64,000 nt of DNA, from assembly GCA_048128005.1 (NCBI GenBank), contig JBEUKZ010000092.1, positions 248,001 through 312,000 of the forward strand, written 5' to 3'. This document shows, piece by piece, positions 1 through 12,295 of this stretch; position 1 is the stretch's first letter, and the number at the start of each line of letters is the position of its first letter. This DNA comes from Veleropilina oligotropha (taxonomy: Eukaryota). The notes under the pieces are model-generated. The model was not told where the DNA came from. It was given only the letters and a program-made list of their open reading frames with translations, and ran no database searches. Both the position numbers and the translations under genes were made by a program.

Positions 1-3000
1 CAGGTCGGCACCAGTGCCAGGATCAGAGTAGCCTGTACAATCTCACAGCTGATATGCATCAACGCAGCAAAGCAATCGAGCAACGCTCTTACTGTCTATC
101 GGAGGAAGCAGAGAGAGACGCCCTTTTCTCTCTATGTGGGACTTAAGCTGCATGCAAATGATCGTCAGAAGGGAATCATTGGCACGTTTCATGCATTGGG
201 CATATCGGTGTCTTACGACCGAGTCATGGATATCAGGAAGGGACTCGCCCAAGCTGTGTCAAGGCGGTTTGCCGAGGATGGAGTCGTTGTACCTTCAAAT
301 ATCAAGCGAAACGTCTTCACTACTGGCGGCGGAGTTGATAACATTGACGAGTCTGGTCGCATCGGGGTTCATGGAACTTCCATTTCCCTGACCAACCATC
401 GGACTCATGACAACTTGGGGGTGGACCCTCCACATATAACCCTCGATGCTGCTGAAGATGACATTATCCGACTCCCTGATGAATTCGCCATTGTGCCCTA
501 CATTGATGAACATGCTGGAGATATTATCCTTTCACCTATTCCAAATGGAACGGCGAGGCCAGCTTTCGCTGAAAATATCCGAGCTGGAGTACATGAAGAA
601 GCATGGCTCAACCATCTCCACAAGGTCCTGGTTAAAACGGACGCAAAGCTTGAAGAAACACCAGTGACCTACTCTGGGTTCTTATCTCATATCCAATGTG
701 CAGAAGATGTCAGACCGAGAGCTATAGTGGGGGTGTTTCCCATATTCTATGAAAAGGCCTCATCAATGGCCATGCAGAAACACTCAATGCTTGTAGTCAA
801 GAAAGCAATAGATTTTGTTAATCTTGGTCGAGTTCCAGTAATAGAAGGTGACTGTCCTATCTATGCTTAACAAAAAAAATGCCAGTGGGGCTACCCAGAT
901 GAGGTTGGTGAATCGAAAATGGTGTGTTTCATGCTCTTTCTACATGTGGAGATGACGTCTCAAGATTGTGGTGGTAAGCTGTTGGCGGGATCTGGCCGGT
1001 CCCGGATGTTCTCCTCAGCAAATGTCTTCACTACTGGCGTGGCAGCGTCTCTGATAGCTGGCAAGCACGTCAAGCGTACACGGTATGCGTACCAGATTAC
1101 TCTTGCATGGCTCGATGTACTCAAATTGCAGGCATATGATGGACCCCATGAACTCCTGGAAATCTGGGAGAAGCGGCCCATCAGAAATGCTCCAACAATC
1201 TGCTACTGGACGACAGTAAGAGATTTCCTGCTCATCAGCTGCCGATTCATCCGGGGATAGCGAGTGGGTGATTGGCCACTCACTCTGAATGCCTGTGATA
1301 GCATGTGCCCATGGCTTTTCGCCTTCGGACACACTAACTATGCCCGATGGATGCCAGTTTTATTGAGAGACATGGCGCGACTTCCTGAGATCCACCCATC
1401 CGTCCATGAGGCTTTTATGGAGGGAAAGTTCGTCGTGCAACGTGGTAACAAGAAGTCCTCAATGATGGCACTGGATCAGAGCCAGGAACACAGTATCAAG
1501 TTCTTAAAGGAAAATAATGGGGCAAAGGGCCTCTATGGTCTAAAAGAGGAGAAAGAGTTAATCGGACTCTCAAAACCTGAGGTGCTACGGGCTATTGACG
1601 AATTTGAGAGTGCATGTTTCTCTGTCTCAAACAACAAGGAAACTTTGAAACATCCAGAGTCCTCAGCTGCTGAACAGAACAAGTTCCTGAATCACATCAA
1701 AGCTCTATGCGATCTTGTCAAGCAGGGTACAATTATTGTCAATGCCTTCAAGGAAACTGGACCACACTCATCACCTTGAACACCGGCGAGGTCATGAATC
1801 CTGCGATCGTGAAATCCCTCAGTAATTCTCTGAATATCGGCAAAGCCATGTTCAATGAGTTCGCGGGTAACAGAGTTGAAAAAGCCTCTAAGCCCTTGTC
1901 TGACGTAATTCCAAGGGCCAACTTGTATACATTCACAAACAGGCCACCTGCGGATCTAAAGAAAGGTGTACACAAATTGGGGTCTGCCAAGTCTAATGCT
2001 GATCTCGTCTCCAAGCTGTTTATCTCTCTACAAGCGCGTCCTGATGCAGACATCGATGATTTTTTCAAGCATGAGAATCAGCGTGAACCTCCATCCTTAT
2101 CCGATCGAGGCAAGCGGCGGTCGGGAACAAAGTCATATATTTTGGGATGTCTACCAGGCATGCCTGTTCCTGGTCGCTCTCCCGCAGCCAAAGATGCTTC
2201 TGTTGTTGTTCTTGATATGGCGGCAGTAATACACATCCTCAAACCCCAGCGCGCCAGTGTGTTTGGTGATTACACAGATATGCATTTGCTACCATATATT
2301 CAGAGCCAGATGACGAGCATTACAACAACGAGAGTAGACGCAGTCTGGGACACGTATACAGAGGCAAGTCTCAAGTCCCAAACGCGCGCCAAGCGGAGAC
2401 AGACTACATGGCGCCGAACACGAGTCTCAGCCAGGACTCCTTTGCCAAAGGGTGTCGAGTGGAAGAAGTTCCTCAAAGAGCGTGAAAATAAAGACGAGTT
2501 CTTTCAGTTCATCAGCCAGGAACTTCAGAGAAACACAACTGATTCGCGGTACCACCTCCTCACAACAAAGGCCGATATTGTACTCAACAACAAATCAGAT
2601 GATTTAACAAACTTGTATCCATGCCAGCAAGAAGAAGCTGACACTCGAATGATGCTCCACTTGCATCATGCTGCTAAGCAGGGCCACACTAAAGCCTATC
2701 TGCGGACCGTGGATAGTGATGTGGTGGTGCTGGCCATCAACTTCTTTCACCACCTAGGCCTCTCAGAGCTGTGGATCGGTTTCGGAATGGGAAAATCATA
2801 CAAAGATATTCCAATCCATCACATTTCCCAAATGATGGGACGTCAACGTTGTGAAGCGCTCCCCTTCTTCCATGCATTTACAGGATGCGATGTTGTATCT
2901 TTAATGTTTGGAATAGGTAAAAGAACTGCATGGAATGCATGGGTCACTTTTCCTGCGATCACAGACTCCATCATCGCTATTATACAAGACCCGACTAGCC

Positions 3001-3448
3001 TCACACTTGATTCCGTGCATATGCGACGTCTCGAGCGCTGGACTGTACTCATGTACAGTAAGAACTGCGGTGCAGAATTGGTGAATGTGGCAAGAAAGCT
3101 CATGTTCACACATGGTCTCTGGACTCAATTCCCCCGACCCAGGACGCTTTATTTCAGCATGCTAAGCGCACCCTGCACACTTCAGCCTTTGCCTGGAAAC
3201 AGTTGCTCTCCAAGTCCCCCGACGTCCCAAGTCCCAGTGAATGGGGCTGGGAATGGAATACCAGAACCAAAGAGTGGATGCCACACTGGACAGGTCTGGC
3301 GGATGCCAGTCATGCATGTTCTCTGCTCCGCCATTGTGGTTGTGTAGTTTCAAGTAAGGGCAACTGCAAGTGCCATAGATCCGGACTCCGCTGCAGCACA
3401 TTGTGCAAGTGCGAAGGAGGTTGCACTAATAATGACGGTGAAACCTGA
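1..3448 (+). pseudogene. Academ-type transposase fused to XPG/FEN1-like nuclease and C-terminal Cys-rich (CXC-like) zinc finger
   Basis: Frame 1 is open from base 1 with motifs DNID..HGT, EGDCPIYA, LHVEM, GHTNYARW and ALDQSQEH. It has in-frame stops at 868-870 and 1258-1260 and frameshifts near 1765 and 3118. XPG-like motifs follow (VLDMAA, DAVWDTY, EEADTRMMLH, RTVDSDV, FHAFTGCD..S..GIGK), then CGC..CKC..GLRCSTLCKCEGGC. Confidence 0.85.
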
Positions 3449-4352
3449 TCTTTCTTGTATCTACGCACAACGTGACTGTTTCCATAGATCCATAGATATG
3501 ATATTTCGGTAATTTTCTCAAACTCAAATTTATTGTAACGTTCCATTATATTTCAAATCGTTGAAACTAAATAACTATGTCTTTGATTAATAGGAAAAGT
3601 AACGAAGCTGTCGTATAGATATATATTTCAAACATAATTATGTTTTTAAAATTATTGTGATAGAATGCAACACAATTATTGTTTAATAATAAGCCACTGC
3701 AAGATATTTTTTGCTATCTATTGGTTTGGTTTGAACTGCTGCTTAATAACTTGATTGAAACGACGTTTCGGGTTCATATCAGGCCATGTTAATATTATCT
3801 GGTAGGAAATGCCCATTTAACCTGGAAAGTCACCCTCCGCGGCCAGTTGCGGACAATTATGACTGGTAATTGAAAAAAGAATGTTATTGCTCCCAACCGA
3901 GTTGGATATTGTAATTTTAAGATAACATTATTTCCACATTGTACTTTGGACTAGATTGTGGCAGAGAGATGCAAAATCACATTGAAAAATGAATGTTTTG
4001 GGTTCGTAGAAATAGGTTATAAATGGCTGTGATGGCTACAATGACCTTCAAAATAATATTTGACGATGAACATGACTTTGAATCAGTGAAGTGACTTCAG
4101 AAATGAATTCCCGGTACCAAAACACATAGGAAAAGTAGTATCATACAAAGATCTAGTACTACCAAGAGCTGAGATATGACATTCTCCATTTCGGGTGGCG
4201 GCCATCTTGTTTTTTGCGATTAACGGCCACCAGGGGGCAACCGGAAGTTGTATGCGGTGGTTTTTGAAAACCTTATATCCATACTTAACAGCATGCAAAA
4301 TTTCGAGAACTTGTCACAAAGTGCGCACTTTTTTTATATTCCCTCAACGCTA
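1..4352 (+). mobile_element. Academ (AcademX-type) DNA transposon, 3' part; 5' end lies upstream of the window
   Basis: Contains the degenerate transposase/XPG/Cys-rich ORF (1-3448). The downstream non-coding region ends in ...ATATTCCCTCAACGCTA, matching the TAG...CTA termini of Academ. The left TIR is not in the window, so the end is inferred. Confidence 0.7.
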
Positions 4353-4379
4353 AAACCAAATTTTATGTATATAGCATTG

Positions 4380-5090
4380 GCATATTCATTGGTGTTTCAT
4401 AGCAAATATTTGGTAGAACATAAATGCGAATACGTGAAATATTCACGTTTTTGGTGACCATGTCTTGGATTTTTATGACTCGATGTCATTTTTGTAAGTA
4501 AATAATGCTGGCATTAGATTGCTTGTGTCTATAAACATACAAAAGCATATTTAATTAATGTTTTTATGATTATTTGTTACAAATATTTGAGCTAAAGTAA
4601 ATAGTCATGATTCTGTGGTGACCATTTTGGATTTTCGATTTTAATGGATGAAATGTGACTAGTTATGAGATCCTGGCACCAGAGAAATTCACTTCAGTAA
4701 ATATAAGCTAAAAAAATCAATCATAAATTTGATTTTCATACGAATCTTATAGCTGAAAACAAATATGAATAAGTAATAACATTTTATTTGTGTTGGCCGC
4801 CATCTTGGATTTCCATTGCTCAAGATCATTTTTCAGATGCGGCAAATGTGATTCCTAGTGTCTGAAACTATACAAAAGCACACTTAATTCATGTGTTTGA
4901 CATACCTGGTTGCAAAAATATGAGCATAAGTATAGTTTCATGATCCCTCGGCGGCCATATGGGATTTTCCATTTTCCAACGTGAAATGGGACTGTGCGAT
5001 CTTGGAAACAGGCAGAAATCACTTAAGTAATATTTAAACTATGAGAATAAACCATAAAATGGCTTTTGGAACAAAATCTAAAGTAGAAAA
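4380..5090. repeat. Degenerate repeat with recurring (G)GCCATCTTGGATTT-like units
   Basis: Variants of GCCATCTTGGATTT recur near 4457, 4620, 4798 and 4953, about 160-180 bp apart. Confidence 0.45.
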
Positions 5091-5094
5091 CAAT

Positions 5095-6150
5095 TAGTAT
5101 ACCCATTAACTCCGGAGGAGACGATATGGTATTGCAATCAGTTCTGTATGAATGTATATACGCATTTATGTATGTATGGCTGTATGTATGTATGTATATA
5201 TGTCCATTCGCATAACTCTAAAACCGTTAATCCGATTTGCAAGAAATTTTCCGGGTTCGGATTTTATGACGCAATATCCGGCTTACGGATTTTCGGCTGT
5301 AGCGTTAAAACACTTCGTCGTACAAACTTCAAATTAGGCTCAGAATGTTATTTAGATTACGGGACAATCACATGATGAATTATATAGGATCTAAATTACC
5401 AAGATGGCCGCCAGGGGGATCGTAATCTTTAAAAATTGGGAGTCAATTTTTAATTTCGCCAAATCGACTTAAATTGGGAAGTCGTTATGGAAGTCGTAGT
5501 CCTGATGAAAATATATTGATATTTATTTGGAAAGTAATGTGAAATATTAACATTATAAGCATTTTAGCAATTAACCAAATAAAAATGCAGCTAATGGGCG
5601 TAAATCGGTAACCACTGACAACAGACACCTCAAATTGTACCAAGTAAAAGAGTGGGACATTATCTACAACTCTTCTCGATATATTTTGTGTGTTAGAGTT
5701 AATTTGTTGCATTAATTTTTGTTCCGAACTTAAAATCATCGAGACGTTGCGATATTTGTGATAGCTATTTTAATACTACTAACGCCGTGATATAATTTAC
5801 ACCATTAAGCAATTTGAGGTATATCGCTGTAGTAACTATTGAGTTATTGCGAGTTAAGTATTGTCAGGTTCGGAAAAAATTGCAAATACAAAAATCGAAC
5901 GCCAAATATAAATAGCCTACGATCTCAGCTATATTTAGACATGTTCGAATCGCGCAAACGGTTAAAGCATTGAAGGTTAATCTTGAGGTCAGGGGTTCGA
6001 ATCCAGTTACCTCCAAATTTGTTATTTTTTTTGTACTTAAGTTTTGATTGTAATTCATGTTCTGAAATATTGATTGCAGACATTTCTGACTTTCACCGTC
6101 GTCTTCCTTGACCCCGGGGCGAGGTTTGCAATCTGTTCTGAATACCCTTG
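5095..6150 (+). mobile_element. Non-autonomous Helentron-like element (HINE/DINE-1 type)
   Basis: 5' GGTATTGCAATC followed by a (GTAT)n microsatellite; 3' GGGGCGAGGTTTGCAATC...CTTGTT. Both ends and an internal segment are shared with the adjacent copy at 6222-6902. Confidence 0.55.
5946..6016 (+). repeat. tRNA-derived sequence (SINE head or tRNA pseudogene)
   Basis: A-box-like CGCGCAAACGGTTAAAGC and B-box GGTTCGAATCC at tRNA spacing; no convincing acceptor stem. Confidence 0.4.
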
Positions 6151-6221
6151 TTAATGTTATATCTGGGTTTTTTTGGAAAAATCTGGTTCCTTACTGAGAT
6201 GACACTTGGAAATTGTTTACA

Positions 6222-6902
6222 TTTTTATCTTCGGCCTCGTAGTGTGGGAGAAGGTATTGCAATCGGGTCGGTTTGTCTGTCTGTACGCGAGCATATCTGA
6301 ACAACCATCTATCCGATTGACTCAATTGTTGCACACGAGATAGGATCCACCCTAAGCTCGGACCTCCTCATAGATGATCCGAATCGGAAAGCAGATTCGG
6401 ATTTTATGACGAAATTTCCGGTTTGCAGATTGTCTGTCCGCGGGCATATCTCAACAACAATTAATCCGGATTTTATGATGCAATTTCCGGTTTGGAGATT
6501 TCCAGCTATATTTTAACGATCATTGAACCGATTTATCCACTTTTTTGACACAAGATATGGTCCACCCTAGGATCGGTCCTCGTTAAAGATAATTGGAGTC
6601 GGTATTCGGATCCGAATTTTATAACGCAATTTCCACTTTCAGATTTCCTTAATTTTATTTACACAAGATAGGGTTCAATCTATACTCGGTCCTCATTACA
6701 GATGATCGGAGTCGGAAAGAGGATCCGGAGTTTAATTCTAAATTTCAGGTTTGCGGATTTTCGGCTCTAGCGCTAGAACGCTTCGGCATGCAAACTTCAA
6801 ATTAGGCTCAAAATGTTCTTCAACTATTATTCGCAGATATTTCTAGCTATCACCATTCCTTGCCACCGGGGCGAAGGTTTGCAATCTCGGATTGCCTTGT
6901 TT
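6222..6902 (+). mobile_element. Non-autonomous Helentron-like element (HINE) with degenerate internal repeats
   Basis: Starts TTTTTATCTTCG...GGTATTGCAATC + (GTCT)n. Internal repeats of GATCCGGATTTTATGACGCAATTTCCGG. Ends GGCGAAGGTTTGCAATCTCGGATTGCCTTGTT (short hairpin + TTGTT). Confidence 0.6.
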
Positions 6903-7789
6903 AAATTTAATTGCCAAACATGCCAATATGTAATAGTGAAGAAAATCGATTATTACCATTGCGACATCAAAATGTCGATATCCGACGCCATAAATTTCGC
7001 AATATTATTTTTACGACATTTATAGTCGAAATTTGGCGAAATCGATCACAAGTGTCGCAATTGTGACACTTATGGCCTTTGCGACTTGTGTGGCTCCTAT
7101 ACAGAGCATTTTAAGAAGCAGGGCAGGTTATAAATGACCAAAAAGATAATGGATATTAATACAATTGGTAGTTTGAATGTGCTTCCTGAACCCAAACAAA
7201 TTTTATTTAACGGTTATCTTGTTAACCTTATTGCAAAAGGATTCGACTTACCTTTTTCGACAGGCTGGAAACCACAGATAGATACGATGACGAAGGTTAC
7301 CAGGTGAAGATATGTATACAAAGCATTTCGACTACTGTTCGCCTTTGCCATGATGTTAACAGTTAAATCTACGTATGTTGTTGAAATTGAATATATTAGT
7401 AGTGTGCTATTATAATCATATAGTAGCATAAGTCTTCATAAACTTATCCTTGAACAATAAAGCTCCACGACGTAAATAACGACGATAATGGAATGGTTGT
7501 GCTGCTTAACGGCCAGAGTTTGCATACATCATCGTGATATGTCGAAACACGCAACATCAATCGATACATCAATATAAGTAGCGGCACAAGAAGGTTAATC
7601 AATATTCTTATCTTGATTCAGTGACATATGCATATATGGAAAGTGTTCAATCATATAATGAAATATTTCCTATTGCATTATTATTTATGCCACCAACAGA
7701 CATTTCAAGGTTATGCAGCAACATCTTCTTTCATTTTCACAGCGTCTTCGTTTGCTTGCGGTAAGCTGGACTGATATACTGCTGGATTT

Positions 7790-8225
7790 TCATATATTGC
7801 TCTCTCTGATGCTGTACGAAATCTTGGAGTTATTCTTGACAGCGAGCTGTCAATGGAAAATCACTTAACACAAGTATCAAAGTTTTAGTGTCATCATAAA
7901 CATTAGCTCCATCCGCAAGTTTCTAACTACAAAATTCAGCCAAAACTCTAACTGTGTCGTTAATCCTGTCAAGGTTGGACTACTGCAATGGTCTTTTGGC
8001 TGGATCCGAAAAATGCCACACCGCCAGATTACAACGAATAGAAAACAGAGTGATCACATAACCCCCGTCTTGAAGACCTTGCATTGGCTACCAGTGGACT
8101 ATCGAATAAAATTCAAAATTCTTTGCATTACATACAAATGCATTGCAGGCATCGCCCCTAAATACCTCTGCAACCTTGTATCTTCTTACAACCCTACCCG
8201 AACTCTTCGATCCCAGGAAAACATT
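7790..8225 (+). mobile_element. L2-clade LINE, degenerate C-terminal ORF2 fragment
   Basis: Frameshifted translation gives AVRNLGVILDSELSM, SRLDYCNGLLAG and DHITPVLKTLHWLPVDYRIKFKIL...YNPTRTLRS, typical of L2 ORF2 ends. Confidence 0.8.
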
Positions 8226-8629
8226 AATCATCGATCTTTTCCCTATCATAGCCATGTTTTATGTGTGCAAGAATTAACAGACCGCATAAGTGCTCATTAT
8301 TTGTTTTGGTGATTTCGGTATTTGCTGTTGTTCAACATATGTGAACAGTTAAGTATTGAACGGCAGCTACAGAATGACTTAAATAAATTATTGCAAACAT
8401 AGTCTGATGAGTACGGCAGCAGTGAACAGCCATATAATTTTATTCATTGATTCGCAATTGCGACTTATTAAGTCGTAATTGCGAGTGACTAATTCGCAAT
8501 TGCGAGTTACCTATTCTGTACCATTAGAGAATAGATCAGTTGGACCTACAACACTTATACTCCGAATACACCGTATAATACCATTGTGACTTATCGGCCT
8601 CGGGGGGTGGGGGGCGGGGGGGGGTTGGG

Positions 8630-8760
8630 GGCAAGTGGTTAGATCAACCGAGACTGGCAGGAGATCCCGGGTTAGACGTCAGACGGCGGCTTATTCTACC
8701 GCTTCTAATAATGCATATGTCGGCCAGATCGGAGTGAGACATTAAACCAGGTGTCCCCAC
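8630..8760 (+). mobile_element. tRNA-derived SINE fragment (same family as 41290-41420)
   Basis: Both copies share GGCTTATTCTACC..TAATAATG and GAGAC(A/C)TTAAACC after a B-box-like CCGGGTT(A/C)GA. Confidence 0.5.
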
Positions 8761-8859
8761 CTCTATAAAAAATTGTCAAAAATGATGGTAAAGCAAAGCA
8801 TTCAACTACCAATCGATTCAATTGTTTTTTTAACTATTTTATTAAATGTTAACAAGTAT

Positions 8860-9580
8860 AAAGCAATGGAGGGTATTTGATGGTATGTCAAAAATATTAA
8901 AAATATTTTGTCGAGTGAAATATATCCTAGCGGATTCACGAGAGGCCGCAATACTCTATTTAATATATAAATATAAATCCAACCAGCAGAAACGACGATA
9001 GCGTAATGCTGTAGCCGTCGTAGTAACAGGTTCCGGTCAACCTGCAGAAAATGCGCCTCGTAAAGGTACAATCGCAGTAACAGATCGACGTCGTGACGGT
9101 CTTGCAGCTTCAAATGCGTTGAGTGAACATTGGCTAGAATGTGGTCAGTCACTGCCTTAATGGACACGCTTTCCGTAGCAGGTGCAGCTTCCTCTTGTTG
9201 GGAATCCGTCTCGGAAGGAGTTTCTAACTTGGGGTCAGACAAGTCGGCTCGTCCTTGAAGCATCGAGTGAATACTGGCAAGGGGTATCTTCAATCTTAGC
9301 TATAAATTATTTATCAATCTTAGTTATAAATTAGTTATCAATTTAATAATGTTAACATTGTATAGTCATGTTTAGTTTTGTGGATGAAGTAATGCGTGCG
9401 CTGTTGACGTTGTAATGTTGATAAGTAGTTCGCCATTATAACGTCGCCAAGAACAAAGTTTCTATGACGTCACGTTATGACGCCTTTTTGAAAATTTCAC
9501 TCACGAGAGTGAAATTATGGAAAATAATATCACTCATGTGAATGAAATCATATATGAACGGATTACCGAGTATATATATA
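8860..9580 (-). mobile_element. Non-autonomous hairpin-tailed (Crypton-like) element, partly deleted, head-to-head with the copy at 9588
   Basis: 8880-8947 is the reverse complement of the right hairpin arm at ~20268-20340. 9403-9570 is an imperfect inverted copy of ~9637-9815. Confidence 0.55.
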
Positions 9581-9885
9581 TATGGCATTATTATATGAAT
9601 GGTGCTGTTATTCGTTAAATAATGGCAAAAATATAATCGGTAATTCACTCATCTATATTTTAACTCACGTGAGTGAAAATATTTTACATATTACTCCCGT
9701 GAGTGAAAATATCGAAAACGCGTCCCAAAGTGACGTCATAAAAACGTTGTCCATGGCGACGTCATCCATGGCGACGTTATGATGGCGAACTACATTTCAA
9801 CATTACAACGTCAACATCGAAGGCGTTCGTATGGAACGCCATAACTGCCTTATGATAACTATTGATATACCATGTGGTTAACTTG

Positions 9886-10680
9886 CCATAACATGTTGTT
9901 CGCATCCTATAATATGTGGTGGTTTTACCATAATATGTTGTTAGCATGCCATAATATGTGGTGGTTATACCATAACATGTTGTTAGCATGCCATAATATG
10001 TGGTGGTTTTACCATAACATGTTGTTAGCATGACATAATATGTGGTGGTTTTACCATAACATGTTGTTAGCATGCCATAATATGTTGTTAGCATGCCATA
10101 ATATGTTGTTAGCATGCCATAATATGTGGTGGTTTTACCATAATATGTTGTTCGCATGCCATATGTGGTGGTTATACCATAACATGTTGTTAGCATGCCA
10201 TAATATGTGGTGGTTTTACCATAACATGTTGTCCGCATGCCATAATATGTGGTGGTTTTACCATAATATGTTGTTCGCATGCCATAATATGTGGTGGTTA
10301 TACCATAACATGTTGTTAGCATGCCATAATATGTGGTGGTTATACCATAATATGTTGTTCGTATGCCATAATATGTGGTGGTTTTACCATAATATGTTGC
10401 TCGCATGCTATAATATGTGGTAGCTATACCATAATATGTTGTTCGTATGCCATGTTATGTAGTGGTTATATCGTAATATGATGTGCAATGCTATAATATG
10501 TTGTGGCTATACCATAACATGTGGTGGTAATACCACAATATGTTGTTCACATCCTATGATATGTTGTGGTTATACCATAACATGGGGTGGTTACACCATA
10601 ATATGTTGTGCACATGCAATAATATGTGGTGGTTACTCCATAATATGTGGTTGCCATGCCATATTATATGAGGTTATACA
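9886..10680. repeat. Left subterminal 21-bp tandem array of the IS3EU element
   Basis: Alternating units CCATAATATGTGGTGGTTATA / CCATAACATGTTGTTAGCATG, degrading inward. Confidence 0.9.
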
Positions 10681-10719
10681 ATAAATGGTTCAAGTTGCTT
10701 ATCAATTATTCCATTCAAA

Positions 10720-12097
10720 ATGGCAGCCATTAATATCATGTTTGATGTTCTGAAAAAATGGGACTTGAAAGTTGCGCTTGTAAGTTTCAAGAACAAAATA
10801 TAACACCAGACATTGTTGGCATGTTAACAGTACAGGATATGCAACAACTTGGAATAGGCAGTAAAGAAGATATGATAAAACTTCGGACTGAATGCTCAAT
10901 GTATGGATCAAAGCCACCACACAAGATGAAGATCGGTTGCGGTCCTGCCGAATTTGTTATACCTGAAAATCTTTTGAAAAATTTGATTGATCAAGGCTTT
11001 ATTGTCAGTGACATTTCTAAACTACTCTCAGTGTCAGAGAGAACGATTTATCGAAGACTTCAGTTTTATGGAATTTCGAAGTCAAGTTTTTCAACAATTA
11101 ATGAAATCGAACTTGATTCTGTTATTGGTGAAATAATTAAAGATTTTCCATTTTGCGGTGAAAACATCTTAGGGCAATTACTTTCACAAAAGGGTATCCA
11201 GGTACCACGATGGAGGTTGAGGGACAGCATTCATCGCCTTGATGCCGTGGGGATAAACCAAAGGAAAAAGGGACGTCTCCAAAGGCGAGTGTATAACGTC
11301 CAAGGACCCAATCACCTATGGCATATTGATACGAATCATAAACTTATTCGTTGGCATCTTATCATTGCTGGAGGCATCGACGGGTTTAGTCGCATGAGTA
11401 CATTCCTCAACTGCCACGACAACAACAAAGCGCAAACGCTACTTTCATGTTTTCTTGATGGTGTTGATAATTTTGGTCTTCCACTAAGAGTAAGATCAGA
11501 CAAAGGATTGGAAAATGTTGCAATTGCAGATTATATTATATCGAAAAGGGGCCAGATAGAGGAAGCATGATCACAGGCAAAAGCGTCCACAATCAACGCA
11601 TTGAAAGATTATGGAGAGACGTATACAATGGAGTATTGTTCTTTTATCACAGTTTGTTCTACCATATGGAGGATGAAGGAATTTTAGATCCCCGCAATGA
11701 CCTGCACATTGCAGCTCTTCACTATACATTCAAGACCAAAATAGATGATAAATTACAGATTTGGAGACAGGCATGGGCAGCTCATAGGATTCGAACAGCC
11801 AAATCATCACCTCGGGTACTGTGGATTTCCGGTCAGCTGCAAAATCCTGTTGGAATTGAAGAGATAGATTTTTCAATGTATGGCATTGAGGGGTTTGTCG
11901 ATGTTTCAGAATCCCAGCAGGCTGAAGGAGAGAAACCGATTTTAAATCCATTATCAGATCATATTTTGGGTGAAGATTGTCTAGCACACCTCAATTCAGT
12001 AGTATCTACTGCATGGGTTTCATCAAACTTTGGGATGGATATTTACTTGCAGACTCTCCATATAGTTAAAAGCCATCAAAATGGTGATACTTCATAA
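10720..12097 (+). pseudogene. IS3EU transposase (N-terminal SAM-like domain, HTH, integrase-type DDE core), frameshifted
   Basis: SAM-like FQEQNITPDIVGMLTVQDMQQLGI; HTH ISKLLSVSERTIYRRL; core LWHIDTNHKL..GGIDGFSR, RVRSDKGLEN, GKSVHNQRIERLWRDV. Frameshift in the A/G run near 11545-11550. Likely true ATG at 10720 with a frameshift in an A-run near 10755. Confidence 0.85.
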
Positions 12098-12295
12098 GTA
12101 CGATATAAACATATATGAATAAATTTGATCCAAAGTAGCCCCAATGGTAAGTGCATTGCACAGTAATCACTCTTTGCAGACTTCGCAAGTGAAGATTGGA
12201 GACTGCGTCACGTTTCGTCAGATATCCTCTCACGATAAAGTCGATATGTGTATAAACAATAAAATACAAATCAATTCAATTGTGGTTTTTCATAT

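Noticed and set aside
5946..6016. Functional tRNA genes (also ~31715-31800)
   Set aside because: A/B boxes are present but no complete cloverleaf; consistent with SINE heads. tRNAscan-SE would settle it.
8802..9293. 163-aa minus-strand ORF
   Set aside because: Non-ATG start, no recognisable domain, and it runs through a repeat's hairpin arm.
9886..10680. CRISPR-like regularly spaced repeats
   Set aside because: Units are contiguous with no unique spacers; eukaryotic context, no cas genes; mirrored at the other end of a transposon.
9777..10684. Repetitive ORFs (TTYYGM.., HNMWW..) here and at 19518-20127
   Set aside because: Translations of the 21-bp subterminal arrays; open only because the unit length is a multiple of 3.
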